Source: Vicugna vicugna (Eukaryota). From it: a DNA stretch of 64,000 nt. A program made the translations under genes and the position numbers. Shown piece by piece: positions 26,770-38,892 of this stretch. The first letter of the stretch is position 1; each line of letters starts with the position of its first letter. The stretch is taken from the NCBI GenBank assembly GCA_013265495.1, contig PNXW01004639.1, positions 310,001 through 374,000 on the forward strand, read 5' to 3'. The notes below the pieces were generated by a model that was given only the letters and a program-made list of their open reading frames with translations, had not been told where the DNA came from and searched no databases.

Positions 26770-27045
26770 TCCTCCTTTAACCAATGGAATATGAGCAGGT
26801 GTGATGTATATGGCCACGGAGTGGAAGCTTTAACAGCACGTGTGATTTGCTTCTTTCTCTGACTTAATAACCAGCCGTGTTTCAGGGAGTGGCCACTCCA
26901 CCAACTTGGGTCCAGGAAGACATGGAGCCTAGATCCAGGCAACTTGTGATAGACATGCAGTGAGGGCCAGAAACAAATTGTTTTCTAAAGCCACTGAGAC
27001 TGGCGGGCTTTTGTTACGGCATTACTACTTTGATCATCTGATTTA
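26770..27045 (+). mobile_element. MaLR LTR fragment (MLT1I/J-like)
   Basis: ccaatggaatatgagcaggtgtgatgt...gaaacaaattgttttctaaagccactgagactggcgggcttttgttacggca matches the MLT1 3' end. Confidence 0.7.
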
Positions 27046-27229
27046 GAAGGGATATGTAAGAGTTTGGTAATTCACTAGTTGCTCATGCAGAAAGTTTCAA
27101 TACATCTAGTTATTTAAGAAAATACATTGTGCCCGAGGTTTAAAACATCGCAAAATGTAACTACATAACATCAATCATTTTAAAGAAAGATAGATAATGT
27201 AAAAACTTATTCAATGATTACAAAATATA

Positions 27230-28300
27230 AAATCATTGAAATTTAAGTTTCAAGGTGACCTTAGGGTTCTGTAATGACTTCCCCGTGTAGGTAGAAATGT
27301 CCCCAGATGTGGTCTTCCCTCTGCAGATATTTGGCAAGTATGGAAGTCATTGCCTTTTTGAGTCAGCAAATTGTATTGCTGAAATCGTCTCTATTGTTGG
27401 GCAGAACTTTCTAAAATTTGGAGAAAAGTATTTTCCTGAAGGTTAAGTTCTACTCATAGGAAATTGTCTTCTGAGTCAGCCAATTCAGCTGCTGGACAAC
27501 TGTAATTATTAGGTAGGATTTTTTAATATATATATATTTAGCAAAATCTTTTCCTTGTTACCTAATTTTTTCAAGTTCCCTCAAGAAGAGTTTGGATTAA
27601 ATCCATTCCACTGTTTACATGGCAATTCTTAAAATACCTGGTGTCAGTTGTCATGTCCCCCAAAACTCTATTCTCTGGCCCTACATATTCCATTTCTCCA
27701 ACTATTCATTACAGGGAACCCTTACCACATTTTCTGAACAAACTGACTTCTCTCCTCCAGACAACCTCGTTTACAACTGTCTCTTTTAAGGTACCACAAG
27801 AACTTATGACATGACGGAGAGGGCATGACGGTTTGAGAGTGTACCAGCATCATTCTTCCTGGGTGTTACACTTCAGTTACTATAGCCTGGGATCACATTA
27901 GCTTTTTTGTTTTGAGAAGCTGAACCAAGCAGTTAAATCATCTAAATCTACCAGGACTTTCCCCTCACAATCTGTTGTCTACATCTATCCTTTTCTTATG
28001 TAGTGGAACTTTAGAAGGCAGCAGAGAACTTTACATTTATTTGTAATAACTTTCAGTTTGTTGTTTTAAAGTAAACCTTACTTAAATGAATTCCATAGTA
28101 TGATGACTTAAACATTTAAGTTTCTTTATGTGTTTATAAATTAATATTATTGATAAGAGAATTATTTCTCTTTTCCATCAGCTTATTGGATTTCTTGAGA
28201 TTACACATTGCCATAATTTCCTAACTAGGCAACATAATCCCTGACATACTTGTTTTAAATCCTTCAAAGTGAATTATGTCATCAGTAAATCTTCGTGTGA
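27230..28300 (-). mobile_element. L3/CR1 LINE remnant
   Basis: cagccaattcagctgctggacaactgtaattattagg and ctatagcctgggatcacattagctttttt resemble reverse L3. Confidence 0.6.
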
Positions 28301-28399
28301 CTTACTCATTCACAGATGTTTTTTATTCCATGTATATTACTTCTAAGAGAAATAACCTCAAATGAAAATGATTTTAAAATATTACACATCATCAATAGT

Positions 28400-28645
28400 A
28401 AGATGAGCAATAAATGAAAATTATAAGAAGTATTGTATGAAGAACAAAATCAGGCAAAATAAGCTGTCCTGTTTGATGTCAGGACAGTGGTTGCAGTGGG
28501 GAAAGGGGGAAGGGTGTGCTTCTAGGACTCTGATAATGCTGTGTTTTGGTTTGGGAACTTGATACATGCTTGGTGAAAAGTCACCCATGTATATACACAT
28601 GATGAGTGCCCTTCTGTGTGTATCTTATACTCCAATAGAAGGTTC
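28400..28645 (+). mobile_element. old L1 (L1ME-like) 3' end
   Basis: caggcaaaataagctg...gtcaggacagtggttg...ttctgtgtgtatcttatactccaatagaa. Confidence 0.65.
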
Positions 28646-29346
28646 CCGTTAAACATGTTGAATGTTTTCTTATTGTGCATTACAATTGTATTTCTTTAAA
28701 CTATTAAAACCATTCAGCAAACTGTTTTTAAGGTAAAACTATTTTCGGAGTTTCACCTGGGAGAGATAGTGTTTCCTCTACAATGCTGTCCTTATTCGGG
28801 TTACATTGTAGAGAAGTGCTGTGGGATTGCCACTGCTAAGGTACTGCACCTTTAACAAGTGTCCCTTCTGCAGAGATTTCCAAGTATGATGGGACCAAAT
28901 GGAACCAGGGTTGTTTTTGGAAACTGGTTATGATCGAGTAGTAGGACCTCTCCACCCCCCTCCGCTACTCCTTCATGCCAAGAAGAGAAGCACTTCTTTA
29001 CATCACTGGCTAAAGGCTGTTAGATTTCTTTATCTTGTTGGCTGCTGGCCTTGTCTGATGCCTTCATATATCTCTATTGAAATCTGTTCAAAGTGACAGA
29101 ATGTGGCCATTAAAAACAATTTATGGCCACTTTGCTTGAAGACATTGGACCAAACCATAATGAATAGTAACTTAAAGAGAATGGAGTCAGTGGTACTGGT
29201 GACTAGAGGTGGAAAAAACCAATAAAGAGAAGCAATGAGATAAAACAGGAGAAGCAGACAAAGGGCGTTACAGTAAAGAAGAAAGCAGGAAAAGGCAAGA
29301 CCTGAGGAGGAAATGAGATATGAAGGGACATAAAGACAGTGGGACA

Positions 29347-29438
29347 TATGTTCATATATAACTGAAAAATTGTGCGCTACACTGGAATTCGATACAGCAT
29401 TGTAAAATGACTATAACTCAGTAAAAAAAAGTTAAAAA
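29347..29438 (+). mobile_element. very short 5'-truncated L1 insertion
   Basis: L1 terminal sequence plus A tail, with 15-bp TSD aaagacagtgggaca (29332-29346) / aaagacaatgggaca (29439-29453). Confidence 0.85.
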
Positions 29439-29599
29439 AAAGACAATGGGACAAAGAGACAAAATGTTAAAGTGATCTCCCTTTTCCCTCCACCCCACCT
29501 GATCCACCCTGTCCTGCCAGAGCCTCTCTTTCCTGACCTTAGTTTGACACTTAGCCTGTCCTAAGGGACAACGTCCCTACCTCACTCACTCAGAAAATC

Positions 29600-29920
29600 C
29601 TTTTTTTCCTTTTATTTTTGTAAAAACTAAATTTATTTATTTGTTTGTTTGTTTATTTTATTTATAATTTTATTTTTTCATCGAAGTGTAGTTGATTTAC
29701 AGTGTTACTTTCAGCTGTACAGCACAGCAATTCAGTTATTCATATGCATACGTGTATCCTTTTTAGATTATTTTCCATCATACATTGTTACAAGAAAATT
29801 GAATATAGTTCCCTGTGCTATATGGTAGGTCCTTGTTGTGTTACTGTTATGTATATAGTAGTGTGTATCTGTTAATCACAAACTCCTAATTTATCCCTCT
29901 CCGGCCCATTTCCCCTTTGG
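29600..29920 (-). mobile_element. L1 3' end fragment (cetartiodactyl-type)
   Basis: T-rich tail, then gaagtgtagttgatttacagtgtt...aatatagttccctgtgctatatggtaggtccttgttg...aactcctaatttatccctc. Confidence 0.9.
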
Positions 29921-29971
29921 ATTTTTTAAATAAACATTTATTGAGAGCCAGGCAATCTACTTGGCTCTGAG

Positions 29972-30406
29972 TGTTACGGAAATGACAGGCCAGCCAAGAA
30001 ACAAGCACCACTCGGAGGGTTGGAGTACTCAGATTTATTACGCCGGCGGGCTCAGAGGGGCTTCTGCTCTGAAGCTCTGAGCACCTCCAAGACGTGTGCA
30101 TGAGGTTTTATAGGGTTAACTACAAGCTTGGGGTATTTGGCCAATAGGCATGGAACAGCTTTAGCAACATCATTATCACAAAAGTAGAGGCAGGGAGGCA
30201 GGAAACCAACATTTCAAGGCCAGATATGTCTCTTTGAAAATCCAGCTGGCTAGCAAAAAAAACATGAACAGGGAAACAGGGAATCACCAACAATAATTAA
30301 CTCAGATTTACAAGTTAGCCCAGCAGAACTCAGATCAGTAATCTGACACTTGCTACACTTAGATTTGTGAGTTAGCTTGTTAGCCCAGCCAGGCTTTTCC
30401 TTCACA
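29972..30406 (-). mobile_element. ERV1-type solo LTR
   Basis: tgttacgg...ttcaca termini, TSD tgag/ttag, minus-strand TATAAAA (30106-30112) and AATAAA (30034-30039). Confidence 0.85.
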
Positions 30407-31923
30407 TTAGGATACCAGGAAACTGTGCATAGCACACAAGGCCCTGCCCCGGGGCACTTGCTCTCACGCTGGGTGACCTGGGACAACAGCTACCCTCACA
30501 GGGTAAGATTCTGCAGCCAACGTCGTGTTTTTTCCCATTTTCCTCTCAGGACGATCCAACTGGATCAGTGTCCCTTATTAACATTTCTGAGGTTCTAAAA
30601 TCCAGCCCAGTCTTTCAAAATTCTATATGTATTTGGGTGTTTAATTTTGTAAGTGTATATATTTAGGGTTTAGTCTGCACATATACAAATAAATACCATG
30701 ATATATGGTATATTGTGATTTTTTTTCCACCTCTGTTGTTCTATATTTTAAAGGTCAGATTATAGAGAAACAAGCATTTCTTAAGTTCCTGCTTTCTGTC
30801 AGTGTGTTCCCGGAAAAGTAGGATTGTATAAACAAGACACTCAGTACCTTCCAGAGAGGAATTAAGAGAAAAAAAAATCCTATATCGTAGATAACTAATT
30901 CAGGAACTCATTGGTCGAGAAGCCCTGGTAGATCTTAGTTTAACTTTTAAATGTTGAAATGATTGACTTTTCTTATATTATGTGTGACATTTGCAGGTCG
31001 AGATAGCCTTAATTTTGCTGTCACAAAATTTCTTTGGCATGGCAAATGCAGACAGAAGCCCAGACTTGTGGGATCAAGTAGAGTTAGAAAATATTCACAA
31101 ATAACTTTTTGCGTGCAAATAAACAGACAGAACTATGGGGCTCACGCAGCAACTGCACACTCACCCACGGTGCGGGAGTGGATTTCCCCAGGTACTCCGA
31201 CATCGGCACTGGCTTACTTTTAAGAGGAGAGCTGAGCTCTTCGGAGCACATTACTTCTTCTTAATTGTTTTTCCTGCTATCTTGAGATACCCCCACGTGT
31301 TGTTCTGACTACTTTAGGGGCCTGGGCAACCACGTTCCATTCATCACCATCAGAGTGAAAAGAAATCTACACATTACATCCCGTTAAGGGTGTTGCTTTG
31401 TTTCTTTTTTACGTTGCCATTTAAATCAGAGCAAATATTTGATTCCCTCCTGAAGCCTTCGTAGTCCATGATACTGTCTTAGAACTCACATGGTCTCTTC
31501 TGGGTTCAGGCTTTATTTTCCTCTTCCTAACCTAATTATAGTTATAAGCCCTTTTCGGTGTCTGTTGCAATGCTGCTTTGTGATTTTGTGTTAGTATTTT
31601 CACACGTATCTTTTCCTTTTCTTTCCAAAAAGATTTTCAATACCTAGAGGATAAAGCTGTTACACTTCTTCACCTTCCTCATGGCACCAAGTGGAGGATT
31701 GTATTATACACCTGGACATTCTCAAAGAACAACCATATGAATACATACTAAAATGCAGTCTTTTCACGAGTGTTTAGTACAGAACTGTGCACAGGGTGAA
31801 TGTCTGTTTAGCATTATGTGAACTACTTACATGACTTCTGTTCTGACTAGAGCATGTTTAGAGAACCCAAGCTTTGCAACAGCTCTGCTCAATTTCTTGC
31901 CCTGTTTGAATTCTCATGAAAAT

Positions 31924-32079
31924 AAACTAAAACAGTCATTATGGACTGAATTGTATTCTCCCCAAATTTCATATGTTGAAATTGTAATTCCCAGTATGTC
32001 AAAACTAAAACAGTCATTATGGACTGAATTGTATTCTCCCCAAATTTCATATGTTGAAATTGTAATTCCCAGTATGTCA
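31924..32079 (+). repeat. perfect 78-bp tandem duplication (2 copies)
   Basis: 31924-32001 is identical to 32002-32079; also visible as the repeated peptide KLKQSLWTELYSPQISYVEIVIPSMS in the ORF track. Confidence 0.97.
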
Positions 32080-32245
32080 GAATGTGACTGTATTGGGTGA
32101 CAGGATTTTTAAAGAGGCAATTCAAGTTACGTGAGGTCATCAGGGTGGGGCGCCAATCCAACTTCAGAGCTGTGAGGAAATAATTTTTTTTTTTGTTTAG
32201 GCCTCACTCGTGGTGCTGTTGCGGCAGCCCCAGGCTCTGATGACC
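31936..32245 (+). mobile_element. MLT1A/B-like LTR, internally deleted, with duplicated 5' end
   Basis: attatggactgaattgtattctccccaaatttcatatgttgaa...cagaatgtgactgtatt...gaggtcatcagggtgggg joins directly to the 3' part cagagctgtgaggaaataa...ggcagcccc. Confidence 0.8.
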
Positions 32246-32399
32246 ATCTTAGACAGAAGGGCAGGTTTGGCTGCAGCTGCTCATGCTCCACCTGTTTCCT
32301 TTTGGAGCTGGTCCTTGCTTTGAGGTTCTGGGAGGAGCCAGTGAGTTCTCGCGCTTAGGGGTCTGTTTGGGAGAGTGCCAAGAGGCAGCTTGTGGTGCC

Positions 32400-32645
32400 T
32401 ATGAGCGGATTCATTGCCCTGCAGCCAGACTTCCTGGCTGTGACTATCACTTTTCTCACCCATTGGTTGTATATCCCTGGGCAAGTTCCTTGATTTATTG
32501 TTTGTCTCAATTTCTTCACCTGAGGCATGGAGAGAATATTTGGATTTTTTTTTAATAAGGATGCTGTGAAAAATAATGACTTTCAACATACCAGTGCTTA
32601 GAACAGTCCTTAGCACATCGTGATGAATAAACTCTAGCTATTATT
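32400..32645 (+). mobile_element. MIR SINE
   Basis: gccagacttcctggctgtga...cctgggcaagttccttga...gtctcaatttcttcacctg...agtgcttagaacagtccttagcacatcgt. Confidence 0.75.
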
Positions 32646-33639
32646 TGAAGACATTTATGTTTAATACATAGAGTTACTTACCTTTGAAGTTACTTACCTT
32701 TACTACATGGAATTCTAGCGACTTAACTAAATGCATTTTAGCACTGGAATTTAGGGTCTCATGACTTTTTAAATCATGTTCCTAATATACTAAAAAGCTA
32801 AATTATTCATCTCTTTATTGTGTTTATGTACACACACGCGTGAGTGAGCACACATTTTTATTCACCCAAGAAGAAGTAACCTATCAGCACCTCCGTTGTC
32901 AGAGGGAAGACCCATGTTCATAAGCATTGTCGAGTTTCCTGGGGCTCCCACGCCCCTTTTGTTTGGATACCACAGTCGGTGGGTCCTGACCTGTCCTGTT
33001 GAATTAATGAGGCACTCCGGCTATGTAGTCCGGTCCTGATGACTGTCCTAAAAAAATGACTCCAGTTGAATATTTTTCTTTTTATTGTCTCTCTATTTTC
33101 CTCCTAAATTAGTGCTATAAAACCTACTTTCAAAGGCATTTCTGTGATTTGAGATTACTGCTGTTACTGCCCTTAGATTTTTTCCCCCCCAAAGGGGTTG
33201 CAGAACCAATTGCCTTTGCACATTTTGAGCCTCTAATCTGTTGTAATATGCTAATACGTTTTAATATGGTGTGATCTTGTGTTTATAAGCACAGACCTTA
33301 CTGTAAATGTCAAAATCATTCAGATCTTAATATATCCCCTGTAGTGATACATTAATAAGGGCCATAGGAGCAAGAACCGTAGGTAGTTATTTCTTAATGG
33401 ACAAGGATTTTTTGCTATTTGATTTGGAGAGCAAAACCCAGAGAGACAATAAATAGCCAGCATTTTAATTTCAGGATGTGATGTTTGCTCTCCCCACAGC
33501 ATGGGAGAATTTCTTTGAAAACAGTGCCAAGGACATAACAGATTTTTAAAAACTCATAATTGTCAAATGAATACCTGTATTATACTCATTGTGTTACACT
33601 ATATACTGTAGTAGCAAAAGTGATCTTTGAGTTCCTCTA

Positions 33640-33755
33640 GACTTGCATTATTGCTTTGCAGATAAGAGAACCAAGGTCAAAGAGGTTGAGTGACCATGGA
33701 CCATGCCTGAGTCAGATCTACAACCCAATTTGTTTGATTTCAAATCCAATCTTAA
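33640..33755 (-). mobile_element. MIR fragment
   Basis: tttgcagataagagaaccaaggtcaaagaggttgagtgac...aacccaatttgtttgatttcaaatcc. Confidence 0.6.
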
Positions 33756-34024
33756 TTTTGGTTTTTAATTTCACCATCTATATTAATGATTTGAGGAAAG
33801 GTGTCTAATCATTATACTTTACTACCTTTAACTAGAAATAATATATTTGGGAAAAATATGGAAAATGGAAGCTGGATCTAGTTGTTGAGTCTTTATCCAA
33901 CTAGAAGGTCCCTGAGTCCAGATGGTGCCATTTTTTTAAACTTTTACTCAGACAAGCTACTATCCCTTATTTTTGTGCTTCTTCCATAAGATAGCTGATC
34001 ACTAACCTTAATCAAAATACTTAA

Positions 34025-34155
34025 GGGGGGAGGGTCATATGTCAGTTGGTAGAGCACATGCTTAGCATGTACGAGGTCCTGAATTCAATCCTCAGTACCT
34101 CCATTAAAGATAAATAAATAAATTTGTAAAAAATAGCAAATAAATAATTTTTTAA
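34025..34155 (+). mobile_element. tRNA-Ala-derived SINE (camelid vic-1-like)
   Basis: ggggggagggtcatatgtcagttggtagagcacatgcttagcatgtacgaggtcctgaattcaatcctcagtacctcca plus A-rich tail. Confidence 0.88.
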
Positions 34156-34503
34156 AAACTTACCCAAAAAGAGGGAGCTTAAAATAAATAGATGTTGTCA
34201 CAAAACTCAACAAACCTGTATTTTGTATAGATCACCACCAACCAAGCAGTACAACTAAGCAATCCAGTCTGTTTTCATTCTTTATCCTTTGATTTTTAAA
34301 AAACTCGAAAAAGGGGAATGTATAATACTGAGTAGGTTGGTACAGACTACATCACCTCATGAGTCTTTTGTGATGTGGGTTTTAACTGTGATGACTAAGT
34401 GGTACAAGAGCCCAGCTTCAAGTAGCAAAACACAGGAACCCACACCTGGATGACTTGGTTTGTGACCATCCACTATATTCAGGTTAAAGAATCATATGTT
34501 CTT

Positions 34504-34828
34504 AACCCCAAACTCCTAATTATCCCATCTGCCCTTTCCCTTTTGCTAACCATAATTTGTCTTCTGTGTCTGTGAATATGCTTTTGGTTTGTAAATAAAA
34601 TTTGGGATTAACAGATACACATTACTATATATAAACTAGATAAACAACAAGGTCCTACTGTATAACACAAGGAACTATACTCAATTTCTTGTAACAACAT
34701 ATAATGGAAAATATTCTGAAAAAAAATATACATGTATGTATATGTATAACTGAATCCCTTTGCTGTACACCTGAAACTAACATTGGAAATCAACTATACT
34801 TCAATAGAAAATAAAATGAAATAAAAAT
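34504..34828 (+). mobile_element. L1 3' insertion with inverted 5' segment
   Basis: exact TSD aatcatatgttctt at 34490-34503 and 34829-34842; 34504-~34597 is antisense L1 and ~34598-34828 is sense L1 with A-rich tail. Confidence 0.88.
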
Positions 34829-34939
34829 AATCATATGTTCTTCTATTTATCTCCATTTCAACTAGGCCATGCAGCTAATTCCTGCAATAAATCTCTTTTT
34901 GGGTGGCATTGTGATTTAGAAGAAATATTATGAATTTTG

Positions 34940-35090
34940 CATGAGGAATCCTGGCTTTTCCATGAACCGTGAGATCTTGGCCTCTTGGCCTTAATCTAAA
35001 CCCTGTTGGCCTTAATTTTCTAATATGTAAAATGGAGAGATACGGTAAGGATTTTCTTCCAATGTATCTTTACTGAGGTAATATTCTGTG
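34940..35090 (+). mobile_element. MIR/MIR3 fragment
   Basis: gtgagatcttgggcc...ttggccttaattttctaatatgtaaaatggaga. Confidence 0.5.
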
Positions 35091-36690
35091 TTTCTAAGAG
35101 AGAACGGGCAAGGAAAAAAAGTGGAATTTCCTCCAGCACTGAGACTGGCAGGAAATCTTCATGATTCTGTACAAGCTAACTCCAATATCAGAAGAGTAAC
35201 GGTTGAGTCAAAACACATCAGTTCACAAATATGGCATGAGTTTCTTAAACCTCGAGTGATCCAGTCAGACTACAGACTCAGTCTTTGCTCTTCATAGGAG
35301 GTTTTAACATCTCCAGAATGCACTTTCTGTCTGTAGACTCTGAGGCACGTTGATGGGAGATTATTTCTGATATTTAGAAAATGGGCAGGCCGCCTGCTAC
35401 AGACTTGCAGCTGCTGTGATTGACAGCTGGCTTCAGATACGTATTACCACCGTGCTGGCTCACTGTGAGTGCGCATCAGAACAAATGGCTGAGTGCCGCG
35501 GAATAAAAGGAAAGGAGGCATTTCTCGACTTGGGTGATCTCTGAAGATCCTAAAGGGATCACTTGCAAAGCAAATTGGCTAAATATCATTTATAACAGTC
35601 TAAGAGAAGGTTTCTTTTTTATATACAAAAGAGACTTGCAAGTTAAATAGGAGGCCTTTAAAACTGACTGTGTGCTGGTTTAGGGGTAAGCAAACTGCTA
35701 CTGAATTTTTCCTTTATTGTCAGTGTTTTAAGACTTAATTTACATAAGTCAGCACATGGTTTCTTTGTTAGTAGTGCTCATATGAAATGAAGTTATGTGT
35801 TTCAAACAATCCTCTGTTTATTGTTTATTCGTATGGAGGTTTACTACTACTACTACTATTAAAATAATAATAATAATATTTAAATAATAATGATAATTTT
35901 CAGTAAGGAAAACTGGGGTGTAGGAATATTAAAGATTTGGAAAAAAGAGTGATTACATGATATTTACTAATTTTACTCAAGTCCATATACTATCTTTCAG
36001 GCTTAACTCACATCTTTGAATATGTTGAAGGCTTATTTTCAAGGTAAAGAATATATAGAAAGTTTGGAGGACCAAAAAGCAAATGTTTCTTGCTATTTCC
36101 ATTAGGGAAAGCTTGGCTTCTGTGAAAGTAAGACGTTTTCCACTGAGGTAAGGTAGTATCTTCAACTTTAGCCAAAACACAAAACTTTCATTTCTCTTTC
36201 TGTTACCAACCTTGGTAGCTTGTAACATTTGTCAAAATATAATTCTAACGTTTCCATATTGGTTCTCCAATGTGTAAAAATGGAAGTGATGGTAGAGTAG
36301 AATTTTTTTCTCCATGATTATGAAGGCTCTAAAACACTTATTTTTCTAACCGGCAGTAAGAACCTCCTTTATACCATTGGCTCTGATTTCCTGGTCTGTA
36401 TCTCCAAACCAGGGCTCCCCAGTTGACCAGTAACCAGATTGCCGGCTGCAGAGAAGCATCTCGTAATGCTTCTAGGCAGAGCCATATGACTGTCCTTGGA
36501 GACTTAACTAATGGTTGTAAGAAAAGAGATCAGTGGGTGAAAGAAAAACCCCAAAGTAATCAGATACCATATAGCACAATATGCATTAAGTTAATGTTAG
36601 AGCTTGATTAACTTTACATGTAAGAGGGAATCAGGAGGAAAGAGGGCAAGTTTTTTCTTTTTCCACTGATACCAGACTTCATACATACAC

Positions 36691-36763
36691 TTTTTTTTCC
36701 CTTTAATTAAAGTATATTCAGTTACAATGTGTTAATTTCTGGCGTCCAGCATAAAGTCCCAGT

Positions 36764-36804
<41 letters not shown>

Positions 36805-37135
36805 GTTCATTTTCATATTCTTTTTCATTAAAGGTTATTACAAGATATTGAATATAGTTCCCTGTGCTCTACAGAAGAAATTTGGTTTTTATCTATTTTT
36901 ATATATAGTGGTTAACATTTGCAAATCTCAGACACCCAAATTCATTCCTTCCCACCCACTTTCCCCCAGTAACCATAAGATTGTTTATTATGTCTGCGAG
37001 TCTGTCTGTTTTATAGATGAGTTCATTAGTGTCCTCTTTCTTCTTCTTTTTTTTTTTTAGATTCCACATATGCGTGATATCAGATTGATATCATATGGTA
37101 TTTTTCTTTCTCTTTCTGGCTTACTTTATTTAGCA
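36691..37135 (-). mobile_element. L1 3' end fragment with internal (CA)n
   Basis: ttaaagtatattcagttacaatgtg...aatatagttccctgtgct...tagattccacatatgcgtgatatc...tctggcttacttt; (CA)n at ~36766-36799. Confidence 0.9.
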
Positions 37136-38577
37136 AACATACAGTCTTTTTAACCCTTTTAAAATTGTACAGTGCCTTGGTCCAGGAAATTTCATCTTAG
37201 AGGTATTGCTCCTTAACCGCTGTACCACTCAGTGTGTTGTTGGTCGGAAATATTATGGAGCACATTATGTTGACCTTAGCACACAGCCGGTTGAAGACCA
37301 TGTCTTGTTTCTTAAGCTTGAGATTCATAGCAAATGTGGGTCCTGACGTGCAAAATTCAAGGTGTATCTTTATCCAGTTTCCCTGTTAACGGCAAGAATT
37401 TCAAGATTGACTTGAGATTTTAGAACTTACAACTGGTAACAGGTATGGAACCCTGTGAAATAAACCAGCATTCCATTAGGGGCATGATTCTGCAGTTCTT
37501 TATTTAGTTTTCTTGTTGCAAAGTTTCTTCCACCATCACATTGTTTGAGATTGTGGGCACATAGCTTGAAATCCTCTGCCAAACTTAAAGAAACAAATCA
37601 TTTCCCTTCTCTTATAAAACAAAAACAAACAAACCTAACAACTAAAACCCCGTAACATGGCAGCATGTCCCCCCGTTGAGTCTGTCCCTCTGGCTTCCTG
37701 TGGCTGGGTTCCCATTGTCCCGTCTCTAAGCAGACTGGAGGCAGGTTGATCATCTGCTGCAGGTCACAGCTGCCTCTTCCCAATTATGTTCCTTTTCTTC
37801 CGTCCCGTTTCTAAATGACTGACTATTGCTATCTGTCGCTTTTACCACCTGCTGAAAAGCTGACAAAACAGGTCTCTATTTGGAACCGCTTGTTTTGAAT
37901 ATTCTTTTAAGACCCACATCTCATTTCTTATTTGCTAGACACGCATCGTATGCAGAAAGTTCTTTTCTAAAGTAATATTATTTTTCTGTGATAGAGCATA
38001 GGCCTTCAGGGAAATGCTTGAAGACAAACTAGAAGTAAACTTGCAATATAGACCACATGAAGTCATATACCATAAATATTAATTTTTCCTGCCGGTGGAT
38101 GTCAATGTTATTATAATTAGATTTTTTAATTTTATGATTTCTATGACTGAGACAATCTGGACTGAGTGTTTCTGTTACATCAGTAACATTAAGAAGAAAC
38201 GAGGGAGCTGGAGAGAGAAGCAACAGAGGGTGAGAAACCTTTGTGAGTATTTAAGGAAAGTCACTGGACAGATCTCCTGAAGTAGCCTAATCAGAGGAAA
38301 GGTTAGATGGCTTGTTCATGAAAGCTGTCTCTTTGGCCAAAATCTCAGGATCTCATGTTTCTGGAGAACAGCTTTCAGTAGTGATGTTTGATAGTGCAAG
38401 CCCATAATTTTCTATTTTAAGATTCAACACTTTTTCATAGCATACTTCATAAAAATCAAAGACATAACACTTCATTTTAATTTGATAATGCCATTTCTCT
38501 AGGGAGCTAAGATAAAATAGTCCAGGCACATTGCATTTGTAAAATCTGTCATAGAAACAGAGCTGAGAGACTCTAGA

Positions 38578-38892
38578 GAAACACTGTTCAGTAGAAATAC
38601 AAAGCAAGCTACTTAGGTAAGTCTGGATTATCTAGTGGTTACCCTAAAAAAAGTAAAAAGAGATAGGTAAAAATAATTTTAATAATAGGTTCTTTTTAAT
38701 CCAATGTATTCAAATTTTTATTTCAATGCATAGTAAATATATAATTATTAATGTGGGATATGTCACATTCTTTGAGAATCCAGTGTGTGTTTTATACTTG
38801 TAGAACATCTCCATTCATAGTAGCAATGTTTGAAGTGTTCAGTAGCTCCGGTAACTGATGTCTACTCAGTGGCTACTGTCCACAGGGCAGTT
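38578..38892. mobile_element. MER33-like hAT MITE
   Basis: ctgttcagtagaaatac...aaaaagtaaaaagagataggtaaaaataattttaataat...aatccagtgtgtgttttatacttgtagaacatctc...agtggctactgt. Confidence 0.75.

Noticed and set aside
31831..32161. Repeat-containing protein or CRISPR-like array
   Set aside because: Only a two-copy DNA duplication with no spacers, in eukaryotic repeat context
32670..32702. Small tandem duplications (agttacttaccttt x2; similar at ~39951-39984 and ~58348-58375)
   Set aside because: Ordinary slippage-scale duplications with no sign of function
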